DNA of 64,000 bases from a virus (IMGVR_UViG_3300025652_000060:1336-65335); one strand, 5' to 3'; positions 38,142-49,264 are shown, counted from the stretch's first letter. Numbers and translations: made by a program. The notes: generated by a model not told the origin, from the sequence alone.

Positions 38142-38902
38142 TTAAATTTTTAGCAAACAATCTAGTAGAGGGCGCAACTATTACTGCCTCATCTACTAAT
38201 GCTCAATATCCCGCTGCTAATATAGCGGAGGATTTTAGAACTAAAGTTTGGCGATCAACTTCAAACTCTGACAATGTAGTTTTTGATATGGGTTCAACCG
38301 AGCCAGTTGATTATCTTGCCATTGTAGATAATTGGCAATCGGGCTTTGGGGTTTCAACTATTACTATCGAAGCAAACGCAACCGATTCATGGGGTGCGCC
38401 TGCTTATTCTACTACGCTTACCTTTGATGCTGTTAATGGGATAGGCTTAAAGTCAATCACTGAACAATCTTATAGGTATTGGCGCTTTGTATTGACTTCC
38501 TCTCTGGGATATTGCGAGCTTGCTAATATTTTCATAGGGAAAGCCGTGGATATTTCAACTAATGGCATTGACTACAGTTGGGAGTATATGAATAAGGATC
38601 TTAAAAGAGTTTCGACTTCTAGGTATGGTCAAGAATTTATCGACGATATGGGACAGCGAAAAGAATTAACAAATCTTTCAATGCAAGTTCTAAATACAAC
38701 CGAGCTAGATCAATTCTTCGAGGTTTACGATAATCGCAAAACAACTAAACCGATGTTTGTCGATTTCGTAGATGAGAATAATATCATTTCAAATAATTCA
38801 GATAGATTTAGCGGTATGTATAAATTTAGTGACGAGCCTCAGCTCGTTAATAGATCCTCAGGGTTTTGGAACACTTCTTTTTCTTTAATGGAACAAAAAT
38901 GA
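38138..38902 (+). CDS. Distal tail-like protein
   Basis: Homolog of 4881. Confidence 0.55.
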   Translation: MIKFLANNLVEGATITASSTNAQYPAANIAEDFRTKVWRSTSNSDNVVFDMGSTEPVDYLAIVDNWQSGFGVSTITIEANATDSWGAPAYSTTLTFDAVNGIGLKSITEQSYRYWRFVLTSSLGYCELANIFIGKAVDISTNGIDYSWEYMNKDLKRVSTSRYGQEFIDDMGQRKELTNLSMQVLNTTELDQFFEVYDNRKTTKPMFVDFVDENNIISNNSDRFSGMYKFSDEPQLVNRSSGFWNTSFSLMEQK

Positions 38903-39348
38903 CCAAGCTAGTGGTTGAAGAATTAAATACTACTCTTACTCAGACCTTTACTTTAAATAATGAAGGAAGGGCAACGCTCTCTGCGATTCATCCTTATGTT
39001 TATATGCACAATGCGCCTGCGGGGACATTTACTTTCACTTTGAAGTCTGGAGCCGATTCGTTAGCCTCAGCTTCTTTTGATAGTGCAGAAATTAAAGCGG
39101 ATCTTTCAACCTCAAATAATTACGCCCACCTCTGGAAAGTTTTGGATTTCTTAACAGATCCTATTCAGTTGGGACAAGGGGAATATACCCTAGTGCTTTC
39201 CCATTCTGGTTATACTTATTCGGATGGCAGCTTTTTAGGATGGGTAAAAGAACATGAAAACGAAACATATATAATTGACGGAGCGCCTACGAGTGATTTT
39301 GATAATCCACTGGCATTCAGATTTTATTCTTTAAAGGAAATAAGATAA
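38899..39348 (+). CDS. Minor tail protein
   Basis: Homolog of 5645; start set to ATG 38899. Confidence 0.5.
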   Translation: MTKLVVEELNTTLTQTFTLNNEGRATLSAIHPYVYMHNAPAGTFTFTLKSGADSLASASFDSAEIKADLSTSNNYAHLWKVLDFLTDPIQLGQGEYTLVLSHSGYTYSDGSFLGWVKEHENETYIIDGAPTSDFDNPLAFRFYSLKEIR

Positions 39349-40841
39349 TGACAAGGTCTATAGATTTCAACGATGGTTTTTCATCTAACTCTACTCCAAC
39401 AACAGCCGCCTCTATTGCTAATTTTTTAGCGCCTTATGCTAACGATGCTGCTTATGAAGCTGCCAATACCGTTGCCGATGGTTCAGCCTATTATGATTCA
39501 ACTCTCCATATTCAAAAGATCTATGCAAATGGAACTTGGCGAACTACGGAGAGGGCGCTTGATAATGCTACTGCAGCGGATCCAGTTGCGGGCGATGATT
39601 CCGATGATGGTTATGAGGTTTTATCTTTGTGGCTCAATACTTCTAGCGGTGCTTTCTTTCGATGCACAGATGCAAGCGTGGGCGCAGCCGTATGGCAAGA
39701 AATCGCAGCCGATTCAGTTCTAGATTCTCATGTTGCAGCTACCGCAGTTCATGGAGTTGCCGAAGTTGTTGGAACTACTGACGCTCAAGTTCTTACTAAT
39801 AAAACTTTCGATGATGAAATTACAATGAAGGAAATAGCTAGTCCATCGACGCCTGCGAGTGGCGACATGGCTCTCTATTTTAAAACAGATAATAAACTTT
39901 ATAGTAAAGACGATGCAGGCACAGAAACAGAAATAGGAATTGTAGCCGCAGGTAAAGCAGACCTTGCAAGATTTTACACTCAAGATTTTGTTGATGATGA
40001 CTCGACCATTTTCACAGTAAGTGGAAAGGATGCCACTCCAGATAATGCAGGCACAGGCACCTCAGGAATGTCCCTTGCTAATGGAACTGACTCTGTTCAA
40101 TTCCTATCAAGCACTACGGCTCAAAACTCTTTTAAAATGACTGACGAAATTGCAGTTGGCGATAGAATAAATGGGAGATATGTCACCATTACAATGGACT
40201 ATAAGCATTTCAATGGAACCGATGGGCTTTTCAAATTTCTTTTACATGATTCAACTAACGATGCTGTTCTCGCAACGAGTGATGATATTTTTTATACAAC
40301 AAGCGCAGCCGTTTCTCTCTATCGCAATTTTACTGCCTCTGTTTTAATCCCTAAGTCTTGCACGAATATTCGATGGGGTATTCAGCAAGCGGGCACAACT
40401 AATCTTAAATCTTTAGAAGTAACTAACGTTCAAATGACCACCAAAGAGATTGACGTTTTTCAAAACAATATCTTATCGGCAGACGTTTCATCGACAAGCG
40501 ATATTGCAGACTTTTCTTTCACAGGAATAACAATAGGAAAGTATTATAATATCGGTGGGTTTTTATACACTAGCGCAGCAACGGCTTTAAAAGTTCTTGC
40601 CTACTCAGCCGCCTCTGGTGGTGGTACTGAATACGGAGAGGTACTGGATGATAGCAACGGTAGTGGGACAACGGAGAATCAATCGACTGGTGTTAATTTA
40701 ACCTTCCAAGCTGCTAGCACTACTTTATTTTTTAGATTAATTACACCATTCGGGGACTCATTGTTAGGCGATGGGACAAGGGGTGAAAGTAACATAACGC
40801 TAACCGAATTAAACAACATTAGAGAAACAGATAGGTTCTAA
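39348..40841 (+). CDS. Tail fibre/receptor-binding-like protein
   Basis: Homolog of 6091. Confidence 0.6.
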   Translation: MTRSIDFNDGFSSNSTPTTAASIANFLAPYANDAAYEAANTVADGSAYYDSTLHIQKIYANGTWRTTERALDNATAADPVAGDDSDDGYEVLSLWLNTSSGAFFRCTDASVGAAVWQEIAADSVLDSHVAATAVHGVAEVVGTTDAQVLTNKTFDDEITMKEIASPSTPASGDMALYFKTDNKLYSKDDAGTETEIGIVAAGKADLARFYTQDFVDDDSTIFTVSGKDATPDNAGTGTSGMSLANGTDSVQFLSSTTAQNSFKMTDEIAVGDRINGRYVTITMDYKHFNGTDGLFKFLLHDSTNDAVLATSDDIFYTTSAAVSLYRNFTASVLIPKSCTNIRWGIQQAGTTNLKSLEVTNVQMTTKEIDVFQNNILSADVSSTSDIADFSFTGITIGKYYNIGGFLYTSAATALKVLAYSAASGGGTEYGEVLDDSNGSGTTENQSTGVNLTFQAASTTLFFRLITPFGDSLLGDGTRGESNITLTELNNIRETDRF

Positions 40842-40842
40842 T

Positions 40843-41046
40843 ATGATGAAACTAATAGCAGGAGTAATTCTTTCAGTTATGACAAGCGGGCTACTTTGGG
40901 TTTACGCAAGTTCGATAGATTTTGGTAAAGCCATTGCGGTTCTAAAATCACAAGAGTTGAGCCATAGGGATTTAATCAGGTCTGTTGATAAAAAAATTGA
41001 TAAGCTAGACGATAAGATTGATAGACTTTTAGAAAGGAAAAAATAA
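40843..41046 (+). CDS. Small membrane coiled-coil protein
   Basis: Homolog of 7607. Confidence 0.45.
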   Translation: MMKLIAGVILSVMTSGLLWVYASSIDFGKAIAVLKSQELSHRDLIRSVDKKIDKLDDKIDRLLERKK

Positions 41047-41047
41047 A

Positions 41048-43591
41048 ATGGCATCAACTTACGATGAGTTCGCAGCTAAAACCACAAGCGAAAAAGCTAT
41101 CTTGTGCCACATAGAGCCTGCGGAGCGCCTGCTAATATGGACGCTCGATTCTGGAGCCATCTATACCCGCTCTACGGACTTTTTTGTAATAGACGTTAAA
41201 GTAGGCACGGTAAGTCTTACCGAGGCTTCTAGCGCAGCTTTAAATGCGGGAGAGTGGTACTATAATTTAGAAACTGGCGTTTGTTATATCAGAATGAGTG
41301 ATGATTCTAATCCAAGCGGTAATAACGTGGTGGGTTATTATAGACAATTCTTTTCTAATATCCCTATGAGTTTGCCGTATGATCTTGGATCTGGTGCCGA
41401 GGTTCCTTATTTGCCTTATGTTAAAAGTAATTCAGTTATGGCGAAAGCTTTGGATGAGGAACAAACAGGCATTGCTCTAGAGTCGGTTACTAAAATCATT
41501 CTGGAAAATACTGACGGATTTTTCGATGATACCTATGATACTTTATTCTATGAAAATAAAAATATGGCGCTGTACTCATGGTCGCCTTCGATTCCTATAA
41601 CAGAAACCAGAACTTTATTCATTGGAACTATTCAGGACAAATCGTTTTCGCCTGTTCAGATCTCATTCAATTGTAAAGATTTTGTTTTTAAATTAAGGGA
41701 AAAGTTAACTCTCCCATTATATTCATTAGGTGATGGGACAATTCCTGAATCAACTATCGGGACTCCCAAGCGCAGGATCTACGGAAAATGCGATGGGGTC
41801 GAATGCGTTCCGCTTGATAATGTTTTAGATGGTTATGATCTAACTGGAACTTTAATAGGTGGAAATAATTCAGATCATGTTGAGGGCGTGGGGACTTTTT
41901 TCCTATCAGAATTATCACCGAACGATACTCTGACAATTGTTCTAGCTAAGGAAACTCTAAGCCTATCTATTGAATCAATCGAAAGTAATACAGAGCTTAC
42001 CTTAACTGAGGAAGTGGAGACTGATTTTCTTTTAAAGAGCGCAACAGTCAAGCCTAGAATTCCATGGTCAGGAATGAATAGGCGTTGGTCAATCGCAGGG
42101 CACAAGCTGAGAGAACCGACAACAACTGTCGCAAGTGCAACACAGCCTAATAGAATGATTCTAACGGATGGTTCAGATATTTTTGAGAATGATATTCTCT
42201 CAATAGACGGGACTAGCGTTAGCGTAAAAAGAATAGAGGGGAATAATTTAACTCTAAATCAAAACCTAGCATCTACTCCAAGTGGAGGTGAGGCAGTAGT
42301 TAAAAACCCTGTATCTAGAGCCTTCCTAGGGACGGACGAGGGATTTATAACAAGCGAATGGACTCTAAGTAATACGACTGAGGCAATCATATCTTTCTCT
42401 GGGTTAGCTGAATTTAATCTAGCGCCTAAAAGAATTCTCCAAGGATCCAATACTTTTACTAATGGCTCCAGAACAGTCACGGCTAGTGGAGTTAATTTTA
42501 CCGATTATTTAAAATCTAGGGACTTCATTCAGAGCGATGATATTACTCATACGAATTGGTACGAAATTCTAGCAGTAGAAGAAACTGAGATAACTTTGAG
42601 GGATGCTTACACAGGGGGAACCACTACTGGTGGTACTTTTATGAAAAACCCAGTATTCCTAGATGATGATTCCTTAATTACAGTGGATTGTATTGGATAT
42701 GAAAACGGATCAAGCCAATGGGTAAAAACTGCAAGCGACTGTGTTCTCCATTTATTAGAAAATGATTCCGTAATCACTAATATTAATTCTCAATCATTCA
42801 CCGATGCGGATAATGATGCTCCCTATATTATGTCGATGCTAATTCCAGAAAGAGTGGGCGATGATATCCCGACTATAAAAGACGTAATTTCTGATATTAA
42901 TCAAACTGTTTTTGGCTCCCTTGTTACCAATACGGAATTCGAGGCGGTCTACAATATTCTAACCGCAGAAAAACCTGAGGATCTAGAAGTTATTAAGCAA
43001 CATGATATTATCGGAGAGCCTACTGTTAAAAGTAGAAACGAGATAGTAAGGAAAGTTAATTTAAAATATCGCCCTTTCGTAGATCGCTTTACTGGAAAAA
43101 GTTCTTTCCAAACTTATGAATACACTAATGATTTTGTTGATGATTATATAGGCTCTAGACAAGAAAAAGATCTCACCGTTTTCCTTTATTCTGTATTGGA
43201 TGCGGTTGTGATGGCTCAGAGAGTGGCGCTTTATAGATCTTTAAGTCAATCAATAGTAAGCGTAAAGGCTAAACTGAATCTATCGGATAAAAACTTGAAT
43301 GATAAGCTCTCTATAAGTCTTGATAGGATTTACAAAAGATTCAGTGGAAGGGATAGAAAGAAAATAGGGATTATTAATAAAATTACTACCGATGGGACTA
43401 ATTCAACAGTAGAATTTAATGATCTTTCCAATATTTTCAATAGGGTAATGAGCATAGCGCCTGACGCAGCCCTAGACTTTACATCGGCTCTAGATACTGA
43501 GAAGATTTTAAACGCCTATGTATGCGATGATTCTCTAGAGGTGCCAGATACTTCTAGCGATGCAGAACTAGGCTCTAACATTATAGGATAA
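41048..43591 (+). CDS. Large tail tip/baseplate hub protein
   Basis: Homolog of 7810. Confidence 0.65.
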   Translation: MASTYDEFAAKTTSEKAILCHIEPAERLLIWTLDSGAIYTRSTDFFVIDVKVGTVSLTEASSAALNAGEWYYNLETGVCYIRMSDDSNPSGNNVVGYYRQFFSNIPMSLPYDLGSGAEVPYLPYVKSNSVMAKALDEEQTGIALESVTKIILENTDGFFDDTYDTLFYENKNMALYSWSPSIPITETRTLFIGTIQDKSFSPVQISFNCKDFVFKLREKLTLPLYSLGDGTIPESTIGTPKRRIYGKCDGVECVPLDNVLDGYDLTGTLIGGNNSDHVEGVGTFFLSELSPNDTLTIVLAKETLSLSIESIESNTELTLTEEVETDFLLKSATVKPRIPWSGMNRRWSIAGHKLREPTTTVASATQPNRMILTDGSDIFENDILSIDGTSVSVKRIEGNNLTLNQNLASTPSGGEAVVKNPVSRAFLGTDEGFITSEWTLSNTTEAIISFSGLAEFNLAPKRILQGSNTFTNGSRTVTASGVNFTDYLKSRDFIQSDDITHTNWYEILAVEETEITLRDAYTGGTTTGGTFMKNPVFLDDDSLITVDCIGYENGSSQWVKTASDCVLHLLENDSVITNINSQSFTDADNDAPYIMSMLIPERVGDDIPTIKDVISDINQTVFGSLVTNTEFEAVYNILTAEKPEDLEVIKQHDIIGEPTVKSRNEIVRKVNLKYRPFVDRFTGKSSFQTYEYTNDFVDDYIGSRQEKDLTVFLYSVLDAVVMAQRVALYRSLSQSIVSVKAKLNLSDKNLNDKLSISLDRIYKRFSGRDRKKIGIINKITTDGTNSTVEFNDLSNIFNRVMSIAPDAALDFTSALDTEKILNAYVCDDSLEVPDTSSDAELGSNIIG

Positions 43592-43593
43592 TT

Positions 43594-44118
43594 ATGGCTT
43601 TTTCTAGTGTTTCAGCAACTTTATACGCAGTAGGCAAGGCGGTCACTAATGGCTTATTTTCTACGTTAAAAACTAATCAAGATGATTTAAATACTCGGCT
43701 TGCATCCGTTGAGGCGGTGGCATCTAAAAGAATTTTCTGGAGTGAAAATTTATTGGCAGCAAGTAGCTTTACGGCTGCGACTAGCGTTGCAATTATTAGA
43801 GTTGATGCCGCTATAGATATTACTCAGGCGCTAATAAGTATCTATGATGATACAACAGCCATCACCTCAGGAACTCTAGAAATTGATATTGTTAAATCAA
43901 CTTTAGGCGGTCCAGATTTTACTTCAAGTGTTTCAATTTTTACAACAAAACCAAGTATAAATTTTTCTACGGCTTCCGATTATGACGAGAGTTCTAATCA
44001 AGTTTTAAATGCGACCAATGCTTCCTTATCGGAGGGTGACTATATTCGCCTAGACGTTACGAGCAAACCCGCAGCCCTAGGAAAATTCTTTATATACTGT
44101 ATCGGAGAGGCTTCATAA
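43594..44118 (+). CDS. Minor tail protein
   Basis: Homolog of 10356. Confidence 0.55.
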   Translation: MAFSSVSATLYAVGKAVTNGLFSTLKTNQDDLNTRLASVEAVASKRIFWSENLLAASSFTAATSVAIIRVDAAIDITQALISIYDDTTAITSGTLEIDIVKSTLGGPDFTSSVSIFTTKPSINFSTASDYDESSNQVLNATNASLSEGDYIRLDVTSKPAALGKFFIYCIGEAS

Positions 44119-44633
44119 TGTTACAAATTCCTTTTAATAATAATCCTGTATCAATTACTCATAGATCATCTAGCTATACTATCCCTGCGGGAAATTATGC
44201 GAAAGTTACGGTCACTAATCTTAGTGCGGATTTTGAAATTGATTCTGTTGCGGTAGTTAAGGCAACGGCTCATACTTCCAATGCTCTAGATACTTCCACT
44301 ACTGGTGATAAATATATAAACCCAGGTCCATGGGCGATGATTGGAGTGATGTATCAATCTGGAACGGCTACTGTAAATATTACGCCAACAGGTTCAACAA
44401 TTCCTCAGCCTCATTTATACTTAGGGACTTCACAAGCTATTTCAACCGCCACGCAAATTGCTGTAACTTTACAACCCGGTGATGCTGCTAACGTAACATC
44501 GGCGGCTGCAGGCTCATTATACATGAGACTTAGTGCGATCAATCCAATATATCAAACAGAGTTTTGGGTTCCTGCGGGAACGGATCTTGATGGTAATGGT
44601 TATCAGGTGGCTCTTTATAATATAATTCAATAG
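44118..44633 (+). CDS. Minor tail/virion protein
   Basis: Homolog of 10890. Confidence 0.55.
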   Translation: MLQIPFNNNPVSITHRSSSYTIPAGNYAKVTVTNLSADFEIDSVAVVKATAHTSNALDTSTTGDKYINPGPWAMIGVMYQSGTATVNITPTGSTIPQPHLYLGTSQAISTATQIAVTLQPGDAANVTSAAAGSLYMRLSAINPIYQTEFWVPAGTDLDGNGYQVALYNIIQ

Positions 44634-44669
44634 AAAAAGGCATAGGGCTTTTTTAAATAAGGGATAAAT

Positions 44670-44858
44670 ATGGAAATTTTTAAGTGGCTTACTGCCAATT
44701 ATCAAGACGTTTTATTATCAGTCGCAGCCGTTGTTGCAGCCGCAGAAATTGTTGTTAGAATTACTCCAACTAAAAAAGATGACTCAGCCGTTGAAAGAGT
44801 TGGTGCAATCGTTAGAAAACTAATGGATTTTTTCAAAGTTCCAAACGTAAAGAAATAA
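44670..44858 (+). CDS. Putative holin
   Basis: Homolog of 11442. Confidence 0.65.
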   Translation: MEIFKWLTANYQDVLLSVAAVVAAAEIVVRITPTKKDDSAVERVGAIVRKLMDFFKVPNVKK

Positions 44859-44950
44859 TGATTTCTGAGAATGGAAAACTATTAATAGCAGCCTTGTGGA
44901 TAATCGCAGGGCTTTCTATTTTTCTTCTAAGGGGTTTTTATGTTTGGTAA
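44858..44950 (+). CDS. 30-aa hydrophobic ORF overlapping a terminator-like hairpin
   Basis: TAATG-coupled; MISENGKLLIAALWIIAGLSIFLLRGFYVW. Confidence 0.35.
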   Translation: MISENGKLLIAALWIIAGLSIFLLRGFYVW

Positions 44951-45128
44951 TATTCGAGCGGTTTTAGAAATTATAAAATTGCTCTGGGAAACCTTTCAAT
45001 GGCTCAGTGGAAAGATTGACGATATTACTTATCATGGAAAAAAGAATGCTAGGCGAAAGCTTATAAAAGCTATTGGTGAAAAGGATGAGCAAGCGGAACT
45101 AGATGCTCTAGAGGAATTAGGAAAGTGA
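44940..45128 (+). CDS. Putative inner spanin-like protein
   Basis: Near-identical to 11710. Confidence 0.4.
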   Translation: MFGNIRAVLEIIKLLWETFQWLSGKIDDITYHGKKNARRKLIKAIGEKDEQAELDALEELGK

Positions 45129-45388
45129 AGCTATTGAAATTGCTTGTTTTATTATTCGTTCTCGTTGCTTGCTCTAGTGCGGCTCCTAAGCGGGATTTTT
45201 CAGTTATCCTATATAAGACAGATGCCGAATGCGTAAAATGGAAACTAGAGGGGCAAGTTTTTGAGCTATGCAAGCGTGATGAGGGTTTCCCGCAGAAACT
45301 AATCGGAATATCCGCAACTGATTATGCGAAAGAGCGGGATTTTCAAGATCTGTTAATTAATAGATGCAAGAAATGGAAAAAGAAGTAA
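45125..45388 (+). CDS. Lipoprotein, putative outer spanin
   Basis: LVAC lipobox. Confidence 0.55.
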   Translation: MKLLKLLVLLFVLVACSSAAPKRDFSVILYKTDAECVKWKLEGQVFELCKRDEGFPQKLIGISATDYAKERDFQDLLINRCKKWKKK

Positions 45389-45425
45389 TGAATTTAAGGG
45401 ATAAAAAAGACTGAATAATCATTAC

Positions 45426-45465
45426 AAAAAAAGAGAGAGAGGCAACATGCAAACCTCTCCCTCTC
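45426..45465 (-). terminator. Intrinsic terminator for the leftward ssb-SSAP unit
   Basis: A run, then gagagagagg/cctctccctctc stem. Confidence 0.55.
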
Positions 45466-45485
45466 GGCAAGAAAAGGGTAAATGA

Positions 45486-46070
45486 CTACCCTATAATTTC
45501 ATTAAAAGATTTTAATACTTTCGCTAAATTCGCTGCGCTCATACTGGCAAGATCGTTAGGGTTTTTGCATCCCGCTTCTTTTAAAGCGTGAATTAACTCA
45601 TCCTTAACCTCACCGTCAGGCGCATCGCCTACAATAGATCTAATCTCATTCCTAGCTTCACCTAGAGAATCATCTTCCTCTGGTAGATCCTCTCCCGCAT
45701 AGATATATAATCCAAGCCCATGCCGAGCAATCGCTTTAGTTAAAGCCCTTTGAATAGAATTATTAACATCGGTTGAATTAATTTTAGCAATCTGGATTGA
45801 TTGATTCTTAAAGTCCATAATCGGTAAATATTCAATATGCTCTAATTCCTCTATAGTTACTCCGACCTTTACCCATGCGGTTCTGCCATCGTCCCAATAA
45901 ATTCGCCCATTATCTTGTTCATAAACAATTGAGGTCGCTAATGGGTATTTCTTTTTAAGCTCACTCCAAGCCCATGCCCATGATAAATAAGAAAGTTTTC
46001 CTTTCTTTTTAATTCGCTCTCCAACATCAATAGAATTTAAGGCAGCGAATACCTTAGTTGGCGCTACCAT
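45486..46070 (-). CDS. DUF1071/Sak-type (Rad52-like) single-strand annealing protein
   Basis: [33 protein letters not shown] motifs. Confidence 0.88.
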   Translation of the reverse strand: MVAPTKVFAALNSIDVGERIKKKGKLSYLSWAWAWSELKKKYPLATSIVYEQDNGRIYWDDGRTAWVKVGVTIEELEHIEYLPIMDFKNQSIQIAKINSTDVNNSIQRALTKAIARHGLGLYIYAGEDLPEEDDSLGEARNEIRSIVGDAPDGEVKDELIHALKEAGCKNPNDLASMSAANLAKVLKSFNEIIG

Positions 46071-46456
46071 TGAGGTGCATCCGCTACTGGTTCAGATTTT
46101 TGCGCTTGGTGCTTTTGATCTTGATGATCGTTAGAATCTAAAAATTGAACATTGTTGGCATTAATCTCGGTGGTGTATTGCTTAACACCTTCTTTGTTTT
46201 CCCATGATCTAGTCTGCAGTTTCCCTTCAACATAAGCTTGCTTTCCTTTGCCTAAATATTCTGCACATATCTCCGCAAGTTTTCCCCAGACTACAATTCT
46301 GTGCCATTCAGTTCGCTCACGCATTTCCCCAGATTTGTCTTTAAATTTCTCACTTGTTGCCATTGAAAAATTACAAACCTTTGTCTCTCCAAGATCTTTA
46401 AGCTCAGGGTCACCGCCTAGTCTTCCTACTACAATTACTTTGTTAACTCCGCTCAT
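46064..46456 (-). CDS. ssb: Single-stranded DNA-binding protein
   Basis: [38 protein letters not shown]. Confidence 0.95.
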   Translation of the reverse strand: MSGVNKVIVVGRLGGDPELKDLGETKVCNFSMATSEKFKDKSGEMRERTEWHRIVVWGKLAEICAEYLGKGKQAYVEGKLQTRSWENKEGVKQYTTEINANNVQFLDSNDHQDQKHQAQKSEPVADAPQW

Positions 46457-46663
46457 TCTAATCCTTCCTTTTTTATCGGGTTTTTAGCCCATCGTTTTCC
46501 TATCTCACGTTCTATAACAGATAGGATTTTAAAATCTATAGACAAGAACCTATAATTCTACCTAGTATAATGCAAGGGGGAATCATGCAGAAAAATAGCT
46601 TAATAGATATTATAATCTGCGCAGCTTTGTCCTTACTACTAACTTATTTATTATCGGAGGTTT

Positions 46664-47245
46664 TTGATGTTCAACTGCTTAAAGAGGGATTACAGGCAGC
46701 CTACTAGGGAATACGGTTCCCATGGCGAGGGCGAAAGCTTTCAGCCAATATGGGGGTATATAATTCCTCATATTGATGAGGCTCAGGGCGCAGAAACCAA
46801 AAAAGGATTATCTGAGTATTCTTATGGCGGGATGATCGCCAATTATAATAACAATTTTATTGCATGGGATGATCGTGATGATGGTGGCGTAAAATCTGCA
46901 ACTAAAAGATTGGTGGCTCACGGAATTAATGCAACTTTTGAAGATCACAAAAACGCATACAATCACAAGGTAGGCGGTGCTGAGATCCTTATAATAAAAG
47001 GTGATGAGCTTTCTAAATTTCATGCCGAAAGAATCTTAGAAGCATTCGCTTTAAAATTCCCTGATAGAAATATTAGAGGCGTTAAAGAAATGCGAAAAGG
47101 TGGGAGAGGATATAATAATCTTTTGCTTGCTAAAAAAGGTGGTGCAGACGTTGCCTTGCTTGGTGAATTATTCTTTATAGATAATCCAAATGATTTTATA
47201 GATCCTAAAGTATATGCTGAATTTATTCGAGACGTTTTGTCTTAG
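46664..47245 (+). CDS. Amidase_3-like endolysin
   Basis: PH...GA...EY, H.NA...GAEI, RGVK, ELFFIDN motifs. Confidence 0.75.
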   Translation: MMFNCLKRDYRQPTREYGSHGEGESFQPIWGYIIPHIDEAQGAETKKGLSEYSYGGMIANYNNNFIAWDDRDDGGVKSATKRLVAHGINATFEDHKNAYNHKVGGAEILIIKGDELSKFHAERILEAFALKFPDRNIRGVKEMRKGGRGYNNLLLAKKGGADVALLGELFFIDNPNDFIDPKVYAEFIRDVLS

Positions 47246-47348
47246 CCTGCTTTTAATTTAGGCATCTGGTTTGAATAAACCCCTTGCCTATCTCTGACCG
47301 TTTTTCTCAGGATCTTGCTTTTTAAAGTCTATAGTCTAAGCTTTTTAA

Positions 47349-48062
47349 ATGGCTAAAAAAAATAAATGTATCCTTGTAATCCCAGACCTTCACATTCCAT
47401 TTCACCACCAAGATAGTTTTGTTTTCTTGAAATCGGTTCGAGATAAATATTCTCCAGACCGTGTTGTAAATTTGGGCGATGAGATTGATAACCACTCAAT
47501 TAGTTTTCACGATTCGGATCCTGATTTAATGTTTTCACCTTCGCAAGAATTAGAAAAAGCAATCTGGTATCTAAAAGACCTTTACGAAATCTTTCCTAAA
47601 ATGGATTTGGTAGAATCTAATCATGGGAGCCTTCATTATCGCAGGGGGAAAGCCCACGGCATCCCGAGACATTTTTTCAAATCTTATAAAGAATTACTAG
47701 AAGCGCCAAAGGGATGGAACTGGACTTTTGATCTAGTTGTTACTGCAAGTGATGGGAGCGATATTTATTTTCATCATGGGCTTTCTAAGAACGCTTTAAA
47801 AACTTCGCAGAACAAATCAATGAATCACTGCTGTGGTCACTTTCATAGTGAATTCGGGGTTAAGTTTTGGGCTAATTCCAGACAATTGTTTTGGGCAATG
47901 AATACTGGCTGCCTAATAGACGATACAGCTCTCGCTTTCGAATATGGAAAAAACAATCTCGCTAAATCAATTCTGGGATGCGGAATAATCATCAACGGAA
48001 TACCCAAACTAATTCCAATGGTACTAAAAAAGAATGGACGATGGGACGGAAAACTACTGTAA
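47349..48062 (+). CDS. Calcineurin-like metallophosphoesterase
   Basis: PDLH, LGDEID, SNH, HHG and GHFH motifs. Confidence 0.85.
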   Translation: MAKKNKCILVIPDLHIPFHHQDSFVFLKSVRDKYSPDRVVNLGDEIDNHSISFHDSDPDLMFSPSQELEKAIWYLKDLYEIFPKMDLVESNHGSLHYRRGKAHGIPRHFFKSYKELLEAPKGWNWTFDLVVTASDGSDIYFHHGLSKNALKTSQNKSMNHCCGHFHSEFGVKFWANSRQLFWAMNTGCLIDDTALAFEYGKNNLAKSILGCGIIINGIPKLIPMVLKKNGRWDGKLL

Positions 48063-48235
48063 GGCAACCACCTCGAAAAGTTCCACGTAAAGCAAGGCGC
48101 AGAGAACAGCGCAGGGTATTTAAGAAGCGGTTTAAAGTCTTTTTTGACGGTGAGCCTGATTCGGATATGGATTATTACGAAAACGGCTTAGAATGGATGC
48201 TAGAACCCTCTGGAGATTTACCGCAGGATGATTGA
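48041..48235 (+). CDS. Small Arg-rich/acidic protein
   Basis: Homolog of 15623; start set to ATG 48041. Confidence 0.65.
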   Translation: MGRKTTVRQPPRKVPRKARRREQRRVFKKRFKVFFDGEPDSDMDYYENGLEWMLEPSGDLPQDD

Positions 48236-48263
48236 TAAAGTTAGTAGGCATTATTTACCTGTA

Positions 48264-48332
48264 TTGAAATAATAAATTGTGTTCATTCATCGACACTCCT
48301 TGAATAATCCGTGGAGCATGGAAGCGAAGCGG
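48264..48332 (+). ncRNA. Candidate conserved RNA element with an ANGGA-loop hairpin
   Basis: TTGAAATAATA...TTGTG; ccgt-gga-gc-ATGGAA-gc-gaa-gcgg. Confidence 0.4.
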
Positions 48333-48399
48333 GTTTCTCTACTATTGCGACCTAGTATAATAGTGGTCATTTGACCATTTTAAATTCCGTTCTAGTATA

Positions 48400-48468
48400 A
48401 TTCTCCCTACAGTGTGATTTTTCGGGATTTCATCAATTTTTTCGGGATTTTCTAACTATAGAGAGAAT
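48400..48468. repeat. 69-bp cis element (same geometry as 15929..15997)
   Basis: ATTCTC/GAGAAT ends; TTTTTCGGGATT at 48418 and 48438. Confidence 0.8.
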
Positions 48469-48489
48469 TACTATATCCCTTTAGGGAGA

Positions 48490-48717
48490 TTATTGAATTC
48501 TGGTATATTTAGGATCCGCAACTAATATCCAAGCCTCGTTAGTTTCTAAAGTATTCTCATGGGCGGTTTTCATCCCTCGCTCATAAGGCATCAAACCTCT
48601 GTCTCTTTCTATAAAATCAAAAGCCTCAATCTTTTTAAGAGAGCCTACTATCTGTTCCATGCAGCATTCATATAATTCTTTTTTGAAATCATAAGCGCAT
48701 ACTAATTCTTTTTCCAT
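48490..48717 (-). CDS. Hypothetical protein
   Basis: Homolog of 15998. Confidence 0.7.
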   Translation of the reverse strand: MEKELVCAYDFKKELYECCMEQIVGSLKKIEAFDFIERDRGLMPYERGMKTAHENTLETNEAWILVADPKYTRIQ

Positions 48718-48724
48718 GGTAATC

Positions 48725-49108
48725 CTAATTTATTGGGTAGATCCTAACGATTATGCAAGCGTCCTCAGCATAATATTTGCAGGCGGTAAGTTTTATAATT
48801 TGAGAATCGTTTTTAAAAACAACGCCTTCCATGCCATCGAAAACCGATTTAGTTAGATTATCAATATCTGGTTTAACGTGAGGGTATTTTCTCTGAACTG
48901 ATTTAGGTGGCTTGATAAAAAAATCTATCTCAACTTTCAATGCTCCAGTTAAAGGCTCATCGGAATATTGGTTTTTAGAAAGCTTCCCTATTTCAGTTTC
49001 ATAGGCTTTGGTTTTCGCATCTGTATAACAGATAACGTTTTTCCCCCGCCTTGCGAATCTTGGTCTGCCTTTGGGGAATGGTGGTAAATCAAAATATAGA
49101 TTAATCAT
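48725..49108 (-). CDS. rusA: RusA-like Holliday junction resolvase
   Basis: PKGRPRF, KPDIDNLTKSVFD, NDSQI. Confidence 0.9.
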   Translation of the reverse strand: MINLYFDLPPFPKGRPRFARRGKNVICYTDAKTKAYETEIGKLSKNQYSDEPLTGALKVEIDFFIKPPKSVQRKYPHVKPDIDNLTKSVFDGMEGVVFKNDSQIIKLTACKYYAEDACIIVRIYPIN

Positions 49109-49202
49109 TCAATAATTCTCTAATGATTGGCGTAAAAAGGCTATATATTCGTTAAGTAGCTGAAAACTCGATGTGAATTATTTTCATAAGGCAAAAAAAG
49201 GC

Positions 49203-49230
49203 TTGAAACTAACTTCAGTTGATATATAAC
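49203..49230 (+). promoter_or_regulatory. Sigma70-like early promoter
   Basis: TTGAAA-16-TATAAC ahead of the small-gene cluster. Confidence 0.45.
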
Positions 49231-49264
49231 TATATCTAGAAACCGAATATAACTGGAGCTAAAA